Source of the DNA: Candidatus Latescibacterota bacterium | GTDB lineage: Bacteria > Latescibacterota > UBA2968 > UBA8231 | Reading direction: 5' to 3' | NCBI GenBank assembly: GCA_965205655.1 | Contig: CBDBIJ010000022.1 | Span: 113,546-177,545, forward strand | DNA: 64,000 nucleotides | Shown: piece by piece, positions 37,923 to 47,491 of the stretch | How positions within the stretch are numbered: position 1 is the stretch's first letter | Layout of the letters: each line of letters starts with the position of its first letter | Notes under the pieces: generated by a model | What the model was told of the DNA's origin: nothing | The model's database searches: none | What the model saw: only the letters and a program-made list of their open reading frames with translations | Program-made: the position numbers and the translations under genes

Positions 37923-38720
37923 CTAAATGTACTCGTTGATCAGGATTTTGGCCCTTGTCACGACCCAACCACCGAGGAGACAGCTGACACCGCTCAAGAC
38001 GGCGAACACCAGCCAGCTCGTCCCGTGGAAGTCGCCCACCAGCACATCGCGGAAGCAGATGACCACGTGAGCGAGGGGATTCCACAGAATCAGCTGCCAC
38101 AGCTGCGGATTCACCATTGACTCCTCGATCACGACCGGTGATACGTAGACCATCAAGCCGAGTATTACGGTCACGACTTCCCGAAGGTCTTTTAGCAGGA
38201 CACCGGCGATCGAGAATACCCACGACGTCCCCAGTACGAGCGCCACGAGGAGGCCTAGTGGAACCGGCAGCAGTATGTAGGTCCATGTGATCTTGCCGCT
38301 GACCGCGCTCAGCGCCAGAAAGACGACGAAACTCACGAGCGCACCCACTGAGCTGGAGATCAGGCTCGTCATCGGCAGAGTCTCTATTGGATAGATCACC
38401 TGCTTCACCAATTCCATTCTCTCGCGGATGAGAGAAGGCGATTCCTGAATTGACCTGGTGATTACCTGCCACGGCACCATTCCCGAAAGGACGTAAAGCA
38501 CGTAGTCGAAGTGTCCCGTTCCGCGCCCTCCTGATCTGGCCTGAAAGACGAAGGAAACTATGATCACGTACGCCCCGACTTGAATGAGCGGCCCCAGGAT
38601 AAGCCACACAACTCCAAGTACTGTACCCTTGGTCAGCCCTTTCAGATCTCGAAGGGCCATTTCCCACGCGAGTTCGCGATTGCTCCATATGCTTGCAAAC
38701 GTCTTTGCCAGGAATCTCAT
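37923..38720 (-). CDS. wzm: Polysaccharide ABC exporter permease
   Basis: RDLK....GTVLGVVW...PL, SPV, NPLAHVV; six TM segments. Confidence 0.9.
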   Translation of the reverse strand: MRFLAKTFASIWSNRELAWEMALRDLKGLTKGTVLGVVWLILGPLIQVGAYVIIVSFVFQARSGGRGTGHFDYVLYVLSGMVPWQVITRSIQESPSLIRERMELVKQVIYPIETLPMTSLISSSVGALVSFVVFLALSAVSGKITWTYILLPVPLGLLVALVLGTSWVFSIAGVLLKDLREVVTVILGLMVYVSPVVIEESMVNPQLWQLILWNPLAHVVICFRDVLVGDFHGTSWLVFAVLSGVSCLLGGWVVTRAKILINEYI

Positions 38721-38735
38721 GGCCTTCGCTGCTGC

Positions 38736-39743
38736 TTAGCCCTCTCGCTTCAGTCTTTCTCGCAATTCGTCAAGAGAGGCCTTGATGTTCAGGAGCTCCT
38801 GCGCAAAATCCATGCCCACTCTGGTTCGAGTTGAGCTGATGACATCGGCTGCCGGGACACGCCCGCTTTTCTCCAGCTCGACGACCTCCAGGACCACCGC
38901 GCCTTCCTGCGCCAGCACCACCGCCTCGCCGGTCGCCCGTCGCACTTCGACGACCTGCCCGGGAACTCCTAGATACGGGTAAGGCAAGTCTTCTCGATGG
39001 GCTCTCCAGACGACTAGCCGGCTCCCCTCGAGAAAGCTATAGGCGCCGGAGAAGGGTTCCGCACTCGCTCGAACGAGTCGGACCAGGCCCTCCGCCCCAT
39101 CCCGATCCCACCTCAGCAGACCGTCATTTGGCCGTCGGGGATAGCAGCGTAGCGACGAGGCTGGGGCCCGTGTTTGTTCTCTCTCGGTCACGGTTCCCGC
39201 CTCGAGTCCGTTCACTGCCTCGACGAACATTCCCGGCACGCTGTCGGCTATGAACCGATAGACGTCTCCGATGTACGTACTGTCTTCGATGGCCATGGCC
39301 TTCTGCAAGAGGATGGGGCCAGCGTCTAGCTCTTCCACCATTTTGTGAAGCGAGATGACCACGTTTTTCTCCCCTGCTATGAGGGCCCAGTTAGGACAGG
39401 CATTACCGCGAAATCTCGGAAGGTCGCCCGCGTGGCCGTTGATCACGCCGTGATCGAACAAATCCAGTGTTTGACGCTGGATTATGGTCGGCCAATTGAC
39501 GCTGACGGCCGCCTCCGCCCGCGATGCCGCCAGAAGCGCCCTGATTTTCTTGCTGTTTATGTTGCCATCACAGAAAAAGCGGCAGCCGATCTCCGAAGCG
39601 AGACTTTCGAAGTCGGCCTCGTCGACCTCGTACTCGGCACTCGCCTCACAGGTGCCGATGATGACGATTTCATGTCCCGCACTGATTAGAACTCCTACTC
39701 CGTCGTAGAGCCACTTCGTTCGTCCGAGAGCCGCTACCCTCAC
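38736..39743 (-). CDS. Formyltransferase (Fmt/ArnA-like, probably a sugar N-formyltransferase)
   Basis: INGHAGDLPRFRG, NWAL, LDAGPI, Fmt-like C-terminal domain. Confidence 0.85.
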   Translation of the reverse strand: MRVAALGRTKWLYDGVGVLISAGHEIVIIGTCEASAEYEVDEADFESLASEIGCRFFCDGNINSKKIRALLAASRAEAAVSVNWPTIIQRQTLDLFDHGVINGHAGDLPRFRGNACPNWALIAGEKNVVISLHKMVEELDAGPILLQKAMAIEDSTYIGDVYRFIADSVPGMFVEAVNGLEAGTVTEREQTRAPASSLRCYPRRPNDGLLRWDRDGAEGLVRLVRASAEPFSGAYSFLEGSRLVVWRAHREDLPYPYLGVPGQVVEVRRATGEAVVLAQEGAVVLEVVELEKSGRVPAADVISSTRTRVGMDFAQELLNIKASLDELRERLKREG

Positions 39744-39761
39744 GCTCGACCTCGGTGCTTT

Positions 39762-40523
39762 CTAGGTGACACGCGCATAGCGGACCTCACTTGCGATGTC
39801 CCGGATGCAGCTAGATTTACCTGTCTCCAGTAGAAAAGCCGTGAGCTCGTCGAAGAAAGTCCGTGTGCCTTTCCCTGCACACACGTGCACGTCTACGTCG
39901 GCTGGGCTTGCGTCCTGCAGTCGCGAGGTGCAGGACTTGAACAGCTCGTAGGCGTCAGATCCCGCTGAGTTCAGATATATGTGAATGGGGTGAAAGTTGA
40001 TCACCCTCACTCCGCCCTCCCGTTCGAGGATGGGCTGCAGGCGCCAGCAAGGATCCCTGCTCCCCATCTCGAAGTCGTCCTCCCATATGTAGGGAACCCT
40101 CACAAGCTCGCGACCTCTCCACCGGTACTCAAATGGTTGCAAATTCTCGCAGTTGGGCATAAAAATCGACACGTCCGCGGTAATGGGCGTACGCTCCATA
40201 ACAATCCCTAGAAGACCTGTGTACTGCATCAGACCGTGCGTACGCATGCTGGTGGCCTGAGGAACCAAGCCAGTGCAGTGGTCGAGCACCACCTCGGGAC
40301 TCTCCCCATGAGTGGTTCCGGGAAGGAAGTTCGGATGGATGCCAAGCTCGAAGAGCTCCGGGTAATCCTTCAGCCGCTCGATGGCCGGGCTCATGTGGGT
40401 GACGAACCACGTCGCCGGTAAACTTCGCTCGACCAGCTGCGCCGCCACCCAGTCCACCACAAAATCCGGCGCCCAGTCCACATCCAGGGTCACAGCCCAC
40501 CTGTCAGCGCTTTCTCCTACCAT
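39762..40523 (-). CDS. WbmS-like polysaccharide deacetylase
   Basis: TLDVDWAPD, ELGIHPNF, RTHGL, WEDD, NFHPIH. Confidence 0.8.
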   Translation of the reverse strand: MVGESADRWAVTLDVDWAPDFVVDWVAAQLVERSLPATWFVTHMSPAIERLKDYPELFELGIHPNFLPGTTHGESPEVVLDHCTGLVPQATSMRTHGLMQYTGLLGIVMERTPITADVSIFMPNCENLQPFEYRWRGRELVRVPYIWEDDFEMGSRDPCWRLQPILEREGGVRVINFHPIHIYLNSAGSDAYELFKSCTSRLQDASPADVDVHVCAGKGTRTFFDELTAFLLETGKSSCIRDIASEVRYARVT

Positions 40524-40575
40524 ACGTCCTCAGGCTGCAAGGCTCGCTTCTTTTCCGATTCGCGAAACCGACACC

Positions 40576-41825
40576 CGCGAGTTCAACCAGTCAACGCAAC
40601 ACCTTCGTCAACGCAACACCTTCATTGAAGCGTTCTGCGGGTGAAACGAACCCCAACGTCTTCCGCGGGCGCTGGTTCAGTTGAAGAGCGACTCTGTTCA
40701 GGTCGGCTTGGGAGAATGGCGACAGATCGGTCTTCCTCGGGAAGTACTGTCGAAGAAGGCGATTCGTGTTCTCATTTGTGCCTCGTTGCCAGGGACTCTG
40801 AGGATCACAGAAATACACCTCGACGTCAGTTGCGATCGAGAACTCCTTGTGCCGAGCTAGCTCCATTCCTCGATCCCAGGTAAGGGACAACCGCACCGCG
40901 GAGGAGGGAGTCGTTTCACCTGGCTGATCAGCGCTCTGACAACGGTCTCGGTGTCTTTGCCGTTGAGCTTCACGAGCATCGTGAACCGAGACTGCCGCTC
41001 CACCAACGTGGCGATGTGCGTGTTGTTCGACCCCGAGATCAAGTCTCCCTCCCAGTGGCCGGGAACGGCGCGGTCCTCGATCTCGGCAGGCCGCTCGCTG
41101 ATGGATACGGCGTCGACGATCCGGCCCTCTCGGCTGATCGCGTGTGCTTGCCTTCTTGGATCGCCGCATCATCCTTCGCGTCCGCAGATGCGCAATGAGG
41201 TCCTTGTTGAGTGCCCCGCGTGCCTGGATGAAGAGAGTTCGATAGATCGTTTCGTGGGATATCTGCATATTTCCTAAAAGCGCATACTCCCGCTTCAGCC
41301 ATCCCGATATCTGCTCAGGTGACCACTTCAGGCGTAGCTTGTCCGCCACGACTCGCCGCAAACGAAGATTGGATGCGAGTCGGCAGCATTTCGGCCGGCT
41401 GGCGCGCGTCCAGGCTGCTTGGTCGGCAACGTTTGCTCGGTACCTTTGCCGCCCGCCATTGCGGGCAATCTCTCGGCTAACCGTCGAGGGTGCACGCTCA
41501 ACAGCGGCCGCAATTATTCGTATCGATTTTCCCGCAGCGATACCTCGAGAGATCTCTTCACGCTCTTCCCAGCCAAGAGCCCATCGAGAGCGTCGACGCG
41601 GCATTGGTACGATGCCCCCATTGGCGGTGATGACACCATGAATCGACGCCGGATGCTTCCCGAGCGCCCGACCAATATCGCTATGCGACTGGCCGCTCTT
41701 CCATCGACGCCATACCTCCAACTTCTGTGACGCGGACAATCCTGGTCGTCCCATTTGAGCCATGTGCAACATCTCCTATGATTAGATTAGTGGGGAGAAT
41801 GTTGCATTGACCGATTGAATATACC
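40576..41825 (-). mobile_element. IS30-family insertion sequence, copy 2, inside the glycan operon
   Basis: Inverted near-identical copy of 11461-12707, flanked by CC/CC (2-bp duplication). Confidence 0.9.
40591..41772 (-). CDS. IS30 transposase with compensating +1/+2 indels that scramble the catalytic region
   Basis: GHWEGD is out of frame between about 41127 and 40905; both flanks match copy 1. Confidence 0.8.
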   Translation of the reverse strand: MLHMAQMGRPGLSASQKLEVWRRWKSGQSHSDIGRALGKHPASIHGVITANGGIVPMPRRRSRWALGWEEREEISRGIAAGKSIRIIAAAVERAPSTVSREIARNGGRQRYRANVADQAAWTRASRPKCCRLASNLRLRRVVADKLRLKWSPEQISGWLKREYALLGNMQISHETIYRTLFIQARGALNKDLIAHLRTRRMMRRSKKASTRDQPRGPDRRRRIHQRAACRDRGPRRSRPLGGRLDLGVEQHAHRHVGGAAVSVHDAREAQRQRHRDRCQSADQPGETTPSSAVRLSLTWDRGMELARHKEFSIATDVEVYFCDPQSPWQRGTNENTNRLLRQYFPRKTDLSPFSQADLNRVALQLNQRPRKTLGFVSPAERFNEGVALTKVLR

Positions 41826-41834
41826 CCGCCTTCT

Positions 41835-42638
41835 CTACCTTCTCTGAATCACATACAGCATGTTGTAGCTGAACCGCTCAAACTCCGGGCCGGACAGCTG
41901 CTGGCTTGCGCGCCGTGCAACGGCATTGATGTTGGCGTCATGACGAGGCTGCTCCGGGGCGACCAACAATGGGTGGAAAACCCTGGACAGGAATAGATAG
42001 GCGCCGTAGTGACCGCACTTCACGATATCGAATCGAGAGTCCAGAAAAGGCAGGAACTCTGCTTCGAGCAGGTTGCGGTTGTATTCGACCGCCTTGATTT
42101 CGGACAGACCAAGCGCTCTCCTCACCTCGTTCAGGTTGTCGAGTCTTTCCTGAAAACCCTCACTCAAAATCAAGAATCCGCCAGGACGCAGGAGATCAGC
42201 GAGCTCCTCAAGCGCCCTTCTTTGGAGCTCCCAGTTCGGAAGATTGATAAGACAACGCTGGGATATGATACAGTCATATGACTCATCGTTGACTAGGCTC
42301 TTCACATCCAACACGGACCCCTGCAGGAATTCGACATTGTCCACACACTCCTCCCTCGTTCTCTTCATAGCGATTGCCAGCAGACTTTCCGAGATATCCA
42401 GAGCGTCAAGATGGTCAACGCGCCCCGCATAGTGCATGCTGTGGAATCCATCGCCACATCCCACCTCGAGAGCTTTGTGAGAGAGGTCCAGGTTGTCGGC
42501 AATTGCTTCCCTTTCCAGCTCCCCAAGGAAAGGATCGCGCGACGTCGGTGTAACGCATCCGACGGCGGGGTACTCTTCCCCCGCCCTTTCCCAGTGCTCA
42601 CGTATCTGCTCTATATCCATCGCCGAATCGAATCCCAT
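41835..42638 (-). CDS. Class I SAM methyltransferase
   Basis: LEVGCGDG, LDIS, SQRCLINL, LRPGG. Confidence 0.85.
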   Translation of the reverse strand: MGFDSAMDIEQIREHWERAGEEYPAVGCVTPTSRDPFLGELEREAIADNLDLSHKALEVGCGDGFHSMHYAGRVDHLDALDISESLLAIAMKRTREECVDNVEFLQGSVLDVKSLVNDESYDCIISQRCLINLPNWELQRRALEELADLLRPGGFLILSEGFQERLDNLNEVRRALGLSEIKAVEYNRNLLEAEFLPFLDSRFDIVKCGHYGAYLFLSRVFHPLLVAPEQPRHDANINAVARRASQQLSGPEFERFSYNMLYVIQRR

Positions 42639-42652
42639 GTGCTTCCAGCGAC

Positions 42653-43705
42653 TCAATGCCTCACGGCTCTCACCGTAAAGCCACTCTCCTCCTCCCTGAA
42701 CCACTCGATGGCCAGTCCCGCATCGGCGCACCACTCCCTGACTTCCTCTGCTGTGTGACGATGGGCGTACCGCGGTCGGTACCAGTCGAAGTTAACGTGG
42801 ACGTTCTCTTCGAAGGACCGGGTCTCGTTCCAGTAGAGTTTGGCGAAATGCCAGTAGATCAAGCGCTGCACGTCGTGCTTTCCGCTTCGAATTCCCAGCA
42901 GAGGGACGTCGTCCTCCAATTCTACCTCGACATCGAGTTCCGAGAGCATTTTGCCCAAACTCGTGAGGCTGCGCATCGCTGCCCACGCCTCCTCGTCACT
43001 CATGTCGGCGATCTGTTCACGGACGTAATCGTCAGTAAACTCGCGTACCGGGCCTTTGCGTCGGTAAACGTAGAAGTGGAACTCTCCGCCCGTATTCAGG
43101 AGCCGGACCGTCGACATGAAAGCCTTTCGGGTGGAGGGTGTATGGTGCAGTACTCCCTCCGAAAAAATGGCATCGCAGCAGCCGGCCGGCAGCGGCAATT
43201 CGTTGACGTCGGCCTGGATGAAGTGGGTGTTGGGAACCTGCGCCAACCGCTCCGCGGCGACGTCGATAGCGCGCGAGATGTCCGCGCCTATCCACATGCA
43301 ATCTCCGGTCCAGTGAGGGGAATCCAGCCACAGGGATGAGGAAAACCCACTCCCACACCCCGCGTCCAGCACTATCTCACGCCCGTTGAAGAAATCTGCC
43401 CATTGCTTCACCGATTCGAAGCCATAGCGCTCGAGGGCCCATTCCGTATGCCCTTCTCGAACTGCCAGAGAATCATAGGAGTCTCTTCTCTCCCACTTAA
43501 ATGCGAAGGCGTCACTCGTTTGCTGCTGGCCCTCATCCTCGGTGAGCACGAATCGGGGAATACCTGCCTCTATCGGATAACGCCTGCCGCACTCATTGTC
43601 CAGTAAGCCGCTACGGACCTCGCCGTTCTCAAGTGTCGTTTTCGTCAACTTGAGCGGCTTCTTGCTCTCCGGATCTACCAGCAGCTCTACGAGATTACGC
43701 TTCAT
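42653..43705 (-). CDS. SAM methyltransferase with a Trm112-like N-terminal domain
   Basis: LLVDP...YPIEAGIPRF; LDAGCGSG, GVLHHT, FDWY.P.YAH. Confidence 0.85.
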   Translation of the reverse strand: MKRNLVELLVDPESKKPLKLTKTTLENGEVRSGLLDNECGRRYPIEAGIPRFVLTEDEGQQQTSDAFAFKWERRDSYDSLAVREGHTEWALERYGFESVKQWADFFNGREIVLDAGCGSGFSSSLWLDSPHWTGDCMWIGADISRAIDVAAERLAQVPNTHFIQADVNELPLPAGCCDAIFSEGVLHHTPSTRKAFMSTVRLLNTGGEFHFYVYRRKGPVREFTDDYVREQIADMSDEEAWAAMRSLTSLGKMLSELDVEVELEDDVPLLGIRSGKHDVQRLIYWHFAKLYWNETRSFEENVHVNFDWYRPRYAHRHTAEEVREWCADAGLAIEWFREEESGFTVRAVRH

Positions 43706-43713
43706 TGAGCGCC

Positions 43714-45597
43714 TCAGGCATTGACCTCGAACTTGCGACACCACCACTCCAAGCTGAGCAAAGACCAGATCAGGAGGCGGTGATTCGACTTCCCTTCGCT
43801 GTGCTCGTCCAACTTGCCGTTCACGAAGCCCGGCTGCAGGAAATCGTATATGCGCGCCCGCGAGTCGAGCAGCGTGTCGCGCACGTAGTCGATGCTCTCG
43901 CCGCGGAACCACGACGCGTCGGGGGCGCTGAAGCCCTGCTTGGTCAGCTCCGTGACCTCCCGCGGGATCAGCCGTGACATCGCCTTGCGCAGCAGGATCT
44001 TGCCGTCCCTCGTACGGCTGAAGTGGCGCAAAAGCTTTCCCGGCTCGTTCTCGTCGATGCGGACAACATCGTCGAAACTGGCGATCTTGGATCGTACCGG
44101 AACCTTCATGGCAAAATCCACCAGGTCGTTGTCCATGAACGGCACTCGCGTCTCCAGGGAGTGAGCCATGCTGAGCTTGTCTTCCACAACATAGAGCCCG
44201 TGCAGGAAAGTCTTGATCTCGAAGTAGAGCGACTTGTTCACGTACTCCTCAGGTGCGTTCAGCTCGAAGGGAGTGCCGTTGAAGACGTCGCAGAATGCCT
44301 CGTAGGGGTTGTGGTCACCGATGCGACGCCGGGCCTCGCCGTTGAAGCACTCCTGCCGCTCGCTCTCGGAGACGATCCGCTGCCAGTAGTCATAGTAGCG
44401 TCCCAGATAGTCGTCGCGGTTTACGCTGCCCACAGCGCGGTAGTAGCGCCACGGATAACCGCCAAATAGCTCATCTCCGCCGATGCCCGAGAGCACCACC
44501 TTGACGAACTTCGACGCCAGACGTGAGACGTAATAATTGGGATAGCACTGCCCCACGCGCAGGTCCTCCAGATGCCAGATCAACTCAGGCATCACCGCTT
44601 CCATATCTCCCGCTTTGAGGACCACCTCGTAATGTTCGCTTTTAAACAACCATGACATGGCTTCGGCCTTGGCACGCTCGTCGAATCCCAGCTCAAGACC
44701 CGATGCGGAGTTCAGGTCGAAGCCGCACGTGAAGGTTGAAATGCGCGGGATGTGGCGCGCGGCGAGTGCCGTCACCGAGCCAGAGTCCATGCCGCCGCTC
44801 AGATAGCTGCCCACGGGCACGTCGCTGACCAGCTGGCGCTGCACTGCCTGTTCGAAGAGCCGGTAGAGCTCCTCTTCAGTCTCTCGCTCGTCCGTGAGAG
44901 CGCCGTCCTCGGTGAAGTCGTAGTCCCAGTACCTCCTCAGCGTGGAGATGTGCGAGTTACCAAGCTCCAGGGTGAGTGTATGGGCCGGTGGCAACAGACG
45001 GATACCCTCGAAGAGGGTCCGGTCTGAAAGGATGTTCTGGAAAGAGAGGTACTCATTCAGCGCCTCGTAGGAGATCTGTCGTTCGATCTCTGGGCAGGTC
45101 AGAATTGCTTTGATTTCGGAGGCGAAGATCAACCGTTTGCCGTCCATATGGTAGTAGAGCGGCTTGACGCCATAGCGATCCCGAGCCAGGAACAGGTGCT
45201 GGCGGCGACGGTCCCAGATAGCGAAGGCGAACATACCGTTGAATCTCTCAACGGCTGCCTCGCCCCATTCCGCGTAGGCATGCAGCACCACTTCCGTGTC
45301 GGTGCGCGACCGGAAGGCGTACCCCTTGGCCTCGAGCTCGACGCGTAGCTCCTGGAAGTTATAGACCTCGCCGTTGTAGACGATAACATTGTCCCCGGCC
45401 GCATCGGCCATGGGCTGGTGCCCGGCCGGCGACAGGTCTATGACGGCCAGCCGGCGATGTCCGAGGCCGACAAAGCTGTCGGTGTAGAAGCCCTCGCCAT
45501 CGGGTCCTCGGTGGGCGATGGCATCGGTCATCCCGCGCAACACAGTCGCGGCGACCGATGATCCATCGACGTTGAAAATGCCAGCGATTCCGCACAT
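43714..45597 (-). CDS. asnB: Asparagine synthase-like glutamine amidotransferase (glycan amidation type)
   Basis: MCGIAG, HRGPD, YNGEVYN, LSGGMDS, SGIGGDELFGGY, RVPFMD, KQGF. Confidence 0.92.
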   Translation of the reverse strand: MCGIAGIFNVDGSSVAATVLRGMTDAIAHRGPDGEGFYTDSFVGLGHRRLAVIDLSPAGHQPMADAAGDNVIVYNGEVYNFQELRVELEAKGYAFRSRTDTEVVLHAYAEWGEAAVERFNGMFAFAIWDRRRQHLFLARDRYGVKPLYYHMDGKRLIFASEIKAILTCPEIERQISYEALNEYLSFQNILSDRTLFEGIRLLPPAHTLTLELGNSHISTLRRYWDYDFTEDGALTDERETEEELYRLFEQAVQRQLVSDVPVGSYLSGGMDSGSVTALAARHIPRISTFTCGFDLNSASGLELGFDERAKAEAMSWLFKSEHYEVVLKAGDMEAVMPELIWHLEDLRVGQCYPNYYVSRLASKFVKVVLSGIGGDELFGGYPWRYYRAVGSVNRDDYLGRYYDYWQRIVSESERQECFNGEARRRIGDHNPYEAFCDVFNGTPFELNAPEEYVNKSLYFEIKTFLHGLYVVEDKLSMAHSLETRVPFMDNDLVDFAMKVPVRSKIASFDDVVRIDENEPGKLLRHFSRTRDGKILLRKAMSRLIPREVTELTKQGFSAPDASWFRGESIDYVRDTLLDSRARIYDFLQPGFVNGKLDEHSEGKSNHRLLIWSLLSLEWWCRKFEVNA

Positions 45598-45602
45598 AAC
45601 GT

Positions 45603-46817
45603 CTATTTCTGGCTACCAATCAATTCCAGGACGCGGTCCACGTCCTCGTCACGCATCTGGGTGAACAGAGGCAGGGCAACCGACAGGCGGTCGGCGGCCA
45701 GTGTTTGAGGAAAGTCCTCGGCTTCCAGCCCGTATTTGTTCGCATAATACTCTTGTAGATGCACCGCATGGGTGCCCGGCCTTGTCGCAACACCGCCGGC
45801 TTCGAGGGCCTCCATGATGCGTACCCGCCTCTCATTCAGGTGTTCGAGGTCCTCGGCTCCATTCTTCAACTGGTCGCCAAAAAACAGGCAGACGTAGCTC
45901 TGATAGCTGTGCACACTGCCCGCCGGGCTCACCGGGGGATCCACCCAGGCCAGATCGCGCAAACCCTCATCGTAACGGGCTGCAAGCTCCCGCCGACGCC
46001 TCGAGATCGCTTCGAGCTTGCCCATCTGCGCCACTCCAACGGCCCCCTGCAGGTCGGTCATGCGGTAGTTGTAGCCCAGATGCGCAAAGTCGGGCAGTAT
46101 GTAGCTTCCGGGATGCTTGTGACGGTCTCGGTCCGAGCGTGAGGCCCCGTGGTCCCTTCGAGACCGGCAGGTCGCGGCCATGTCTTCGTCGTCCGTGATC
46201 ACCATCCCGCCTTCCCCGGTGGTGATGAGCTTGCGGGGGTGAAAACTGAAGCAGCCGGCGCTCCCGAAGCGGCCGGCGTGATCACCCTGGTACCAGGAGT
46301 CGAGGGCGCAGGCGGCATCTTCGATGATTTCCAGGTTGTGTGCGTTCGCCAAAGCGACGAGAGGCGCCATGTCAGCGCACAGTCCGAACAAGTGAACGGG
46401 CATTACGGCCCGAGTTCGAGGCGTGATCAGTTTCTCCGTCGCCGCCACATCGATGTTGAACGTCTCCAGATCGATGTCGCAGAAAACTGGCTGGGCACCG
46501 GCGTGCTCCACTGCGTTGGCGGAAGAGATCCACGTGAAGGCAGGTACGATGACCTCGTCTCCTGGCCCGACGCCGGCCGCCAGCAACGACAAATGGAGGG
46601 CCGTCGTGCAGGAGGAGGTGGCCACGGCGTGGCGTGCCCCGGTGAAGGCGGCGACAGCTTTCTCGAACTCGGCCACCTTAGCCCCCTGTGCCACCCAGCC
46701 CGTCCGCAACGGCTCTGCCACCGCCTGGATTTCCTCTTCATCAAGAAACGGCATGGTTATGGGTATGGCAGTTTGCGCCGCTACCGCTTTCGAACTGTGC
46801 ATCTCCTCGCTGTTCAT
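45603..46817 (-). CDS. DegT/DnrJ/EryC1/StrS aminotransferase
   Basis: SSCTTALH, PVHLFG, IEDAAC, SFHPRKLITTGEGG, GYNYRM. Confidence 0.93.
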   Translation of the reverse strand: MNSEEMHSSKAVAAQTAIPITMPFLDEEEIQAVAEPLRTGWVAQGAKVAEFEKAVAAFTGARHAVATSSCTTALHLSLLAAGVGPGDEVIVPAFTWISSANAVEHAGAQPVFCDIDLETFNIDVAATEKLITPRTRAVMPVHLFGLCADMAPLVALANAHNLEIIEDAACALDSWYQGDHAGRFGSAGCFSFHPRKLITTGEGGMVITDDEDMAATCRSRRDHGASRSDRDRHKHPGSYILPDFAHLGYNYRMTDLQGAVGVAQMGKLEAISRRRRELAARYDEGLRDLAWVDPPVSPAGSVHSYQSYVCLFFGDQLKNGAEDLEHLNERRVRIMEALEAGGVATRPGTHAVHLQEYYANKYGLEAEDFPQTLAADRLSVALPLFTQMRDEDVDRVLELIGSQK

Positions 46818-46990
46818 AACATGCCATCCTGGCCTTTTTCTGTTACTGCAACTGGCGGCGCTACCGGTCGAGTCGCTGATGCCTCACTTTGTGTGACAGA
46901 CCTCTCCTCTATAACCCGGTCGGCCATCGGTCGAATGAAAGCAATTGCGTTGCCACCTCCCTGACATCCACCACACATCGTGAGTGACAT
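46814..46990 (-). CDS. Candidate 58-aa leader ORF, translationally coupled to the DegT gene
   Basis: AGGGAGGAGAAGA-ATG; MSLTMCGGCQGGGNAIAFIRP...GML*; stop overlaps the DegT start (ATGA). Shorter than the shortest ORFs in the track (60 aa). Confidence 0.5.
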   Translation of the reverse strand: MSLTMCGGCQGGGNAIAFIRPMADRVIEERSVTQSEASATRPVAPPVAVTEKGQDGML

Positions 46991-47491
46991 TCTTCTCCTC
47001 CCTATTTCATTTCGGCAAAAACTTCCCTTGATGGGAACTGTTTTCCTGTTGGGGGGGGCTACGAGGTGGCCTAAACCTTTAAGATAACACTAGAATGGCA
47101 CGTGGGCACGATGAGTTTCACCCGACCGATCACAGGCACTTTTCGGCCGCCATCGCCCGCAGTGTCGCTACGACAGCTGTGAATCCCGCAGGCGACCGCT
47201 CCTGAATCAGGCGCCGATCTCGTCGTCAGTCGCCCCGGATGGCGACGAAGTTGCAGCAGGGCTTCGTGACCGATGCCGGTAAACGGCTCGGATTCTGCTC
47301 CCAAACCGTCGCGCCAGTGGACGTTCGATGCCGGGCGGCTCGGAGCGGCACTTGTCTCACGCAGCGAGCGACGATGACCTAGCAACCAAGCAATTCTCCT
47401 GGACTTCTCGTGTGCTCGGTGATCGAATCCCTCACCAGCTGCTTTGGTTTCGCTCGTTCGGCGCGAACCCCTCGAATTTTCCGGTCTGGAC

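Noticed and set aside
37906..38688. 261-aa N-terminal extension of Wzt in the ORF track (672 aa)
   Set aside because: It overlaps wzm in another frame and has no protein-like features; the real start is ATG 37905.
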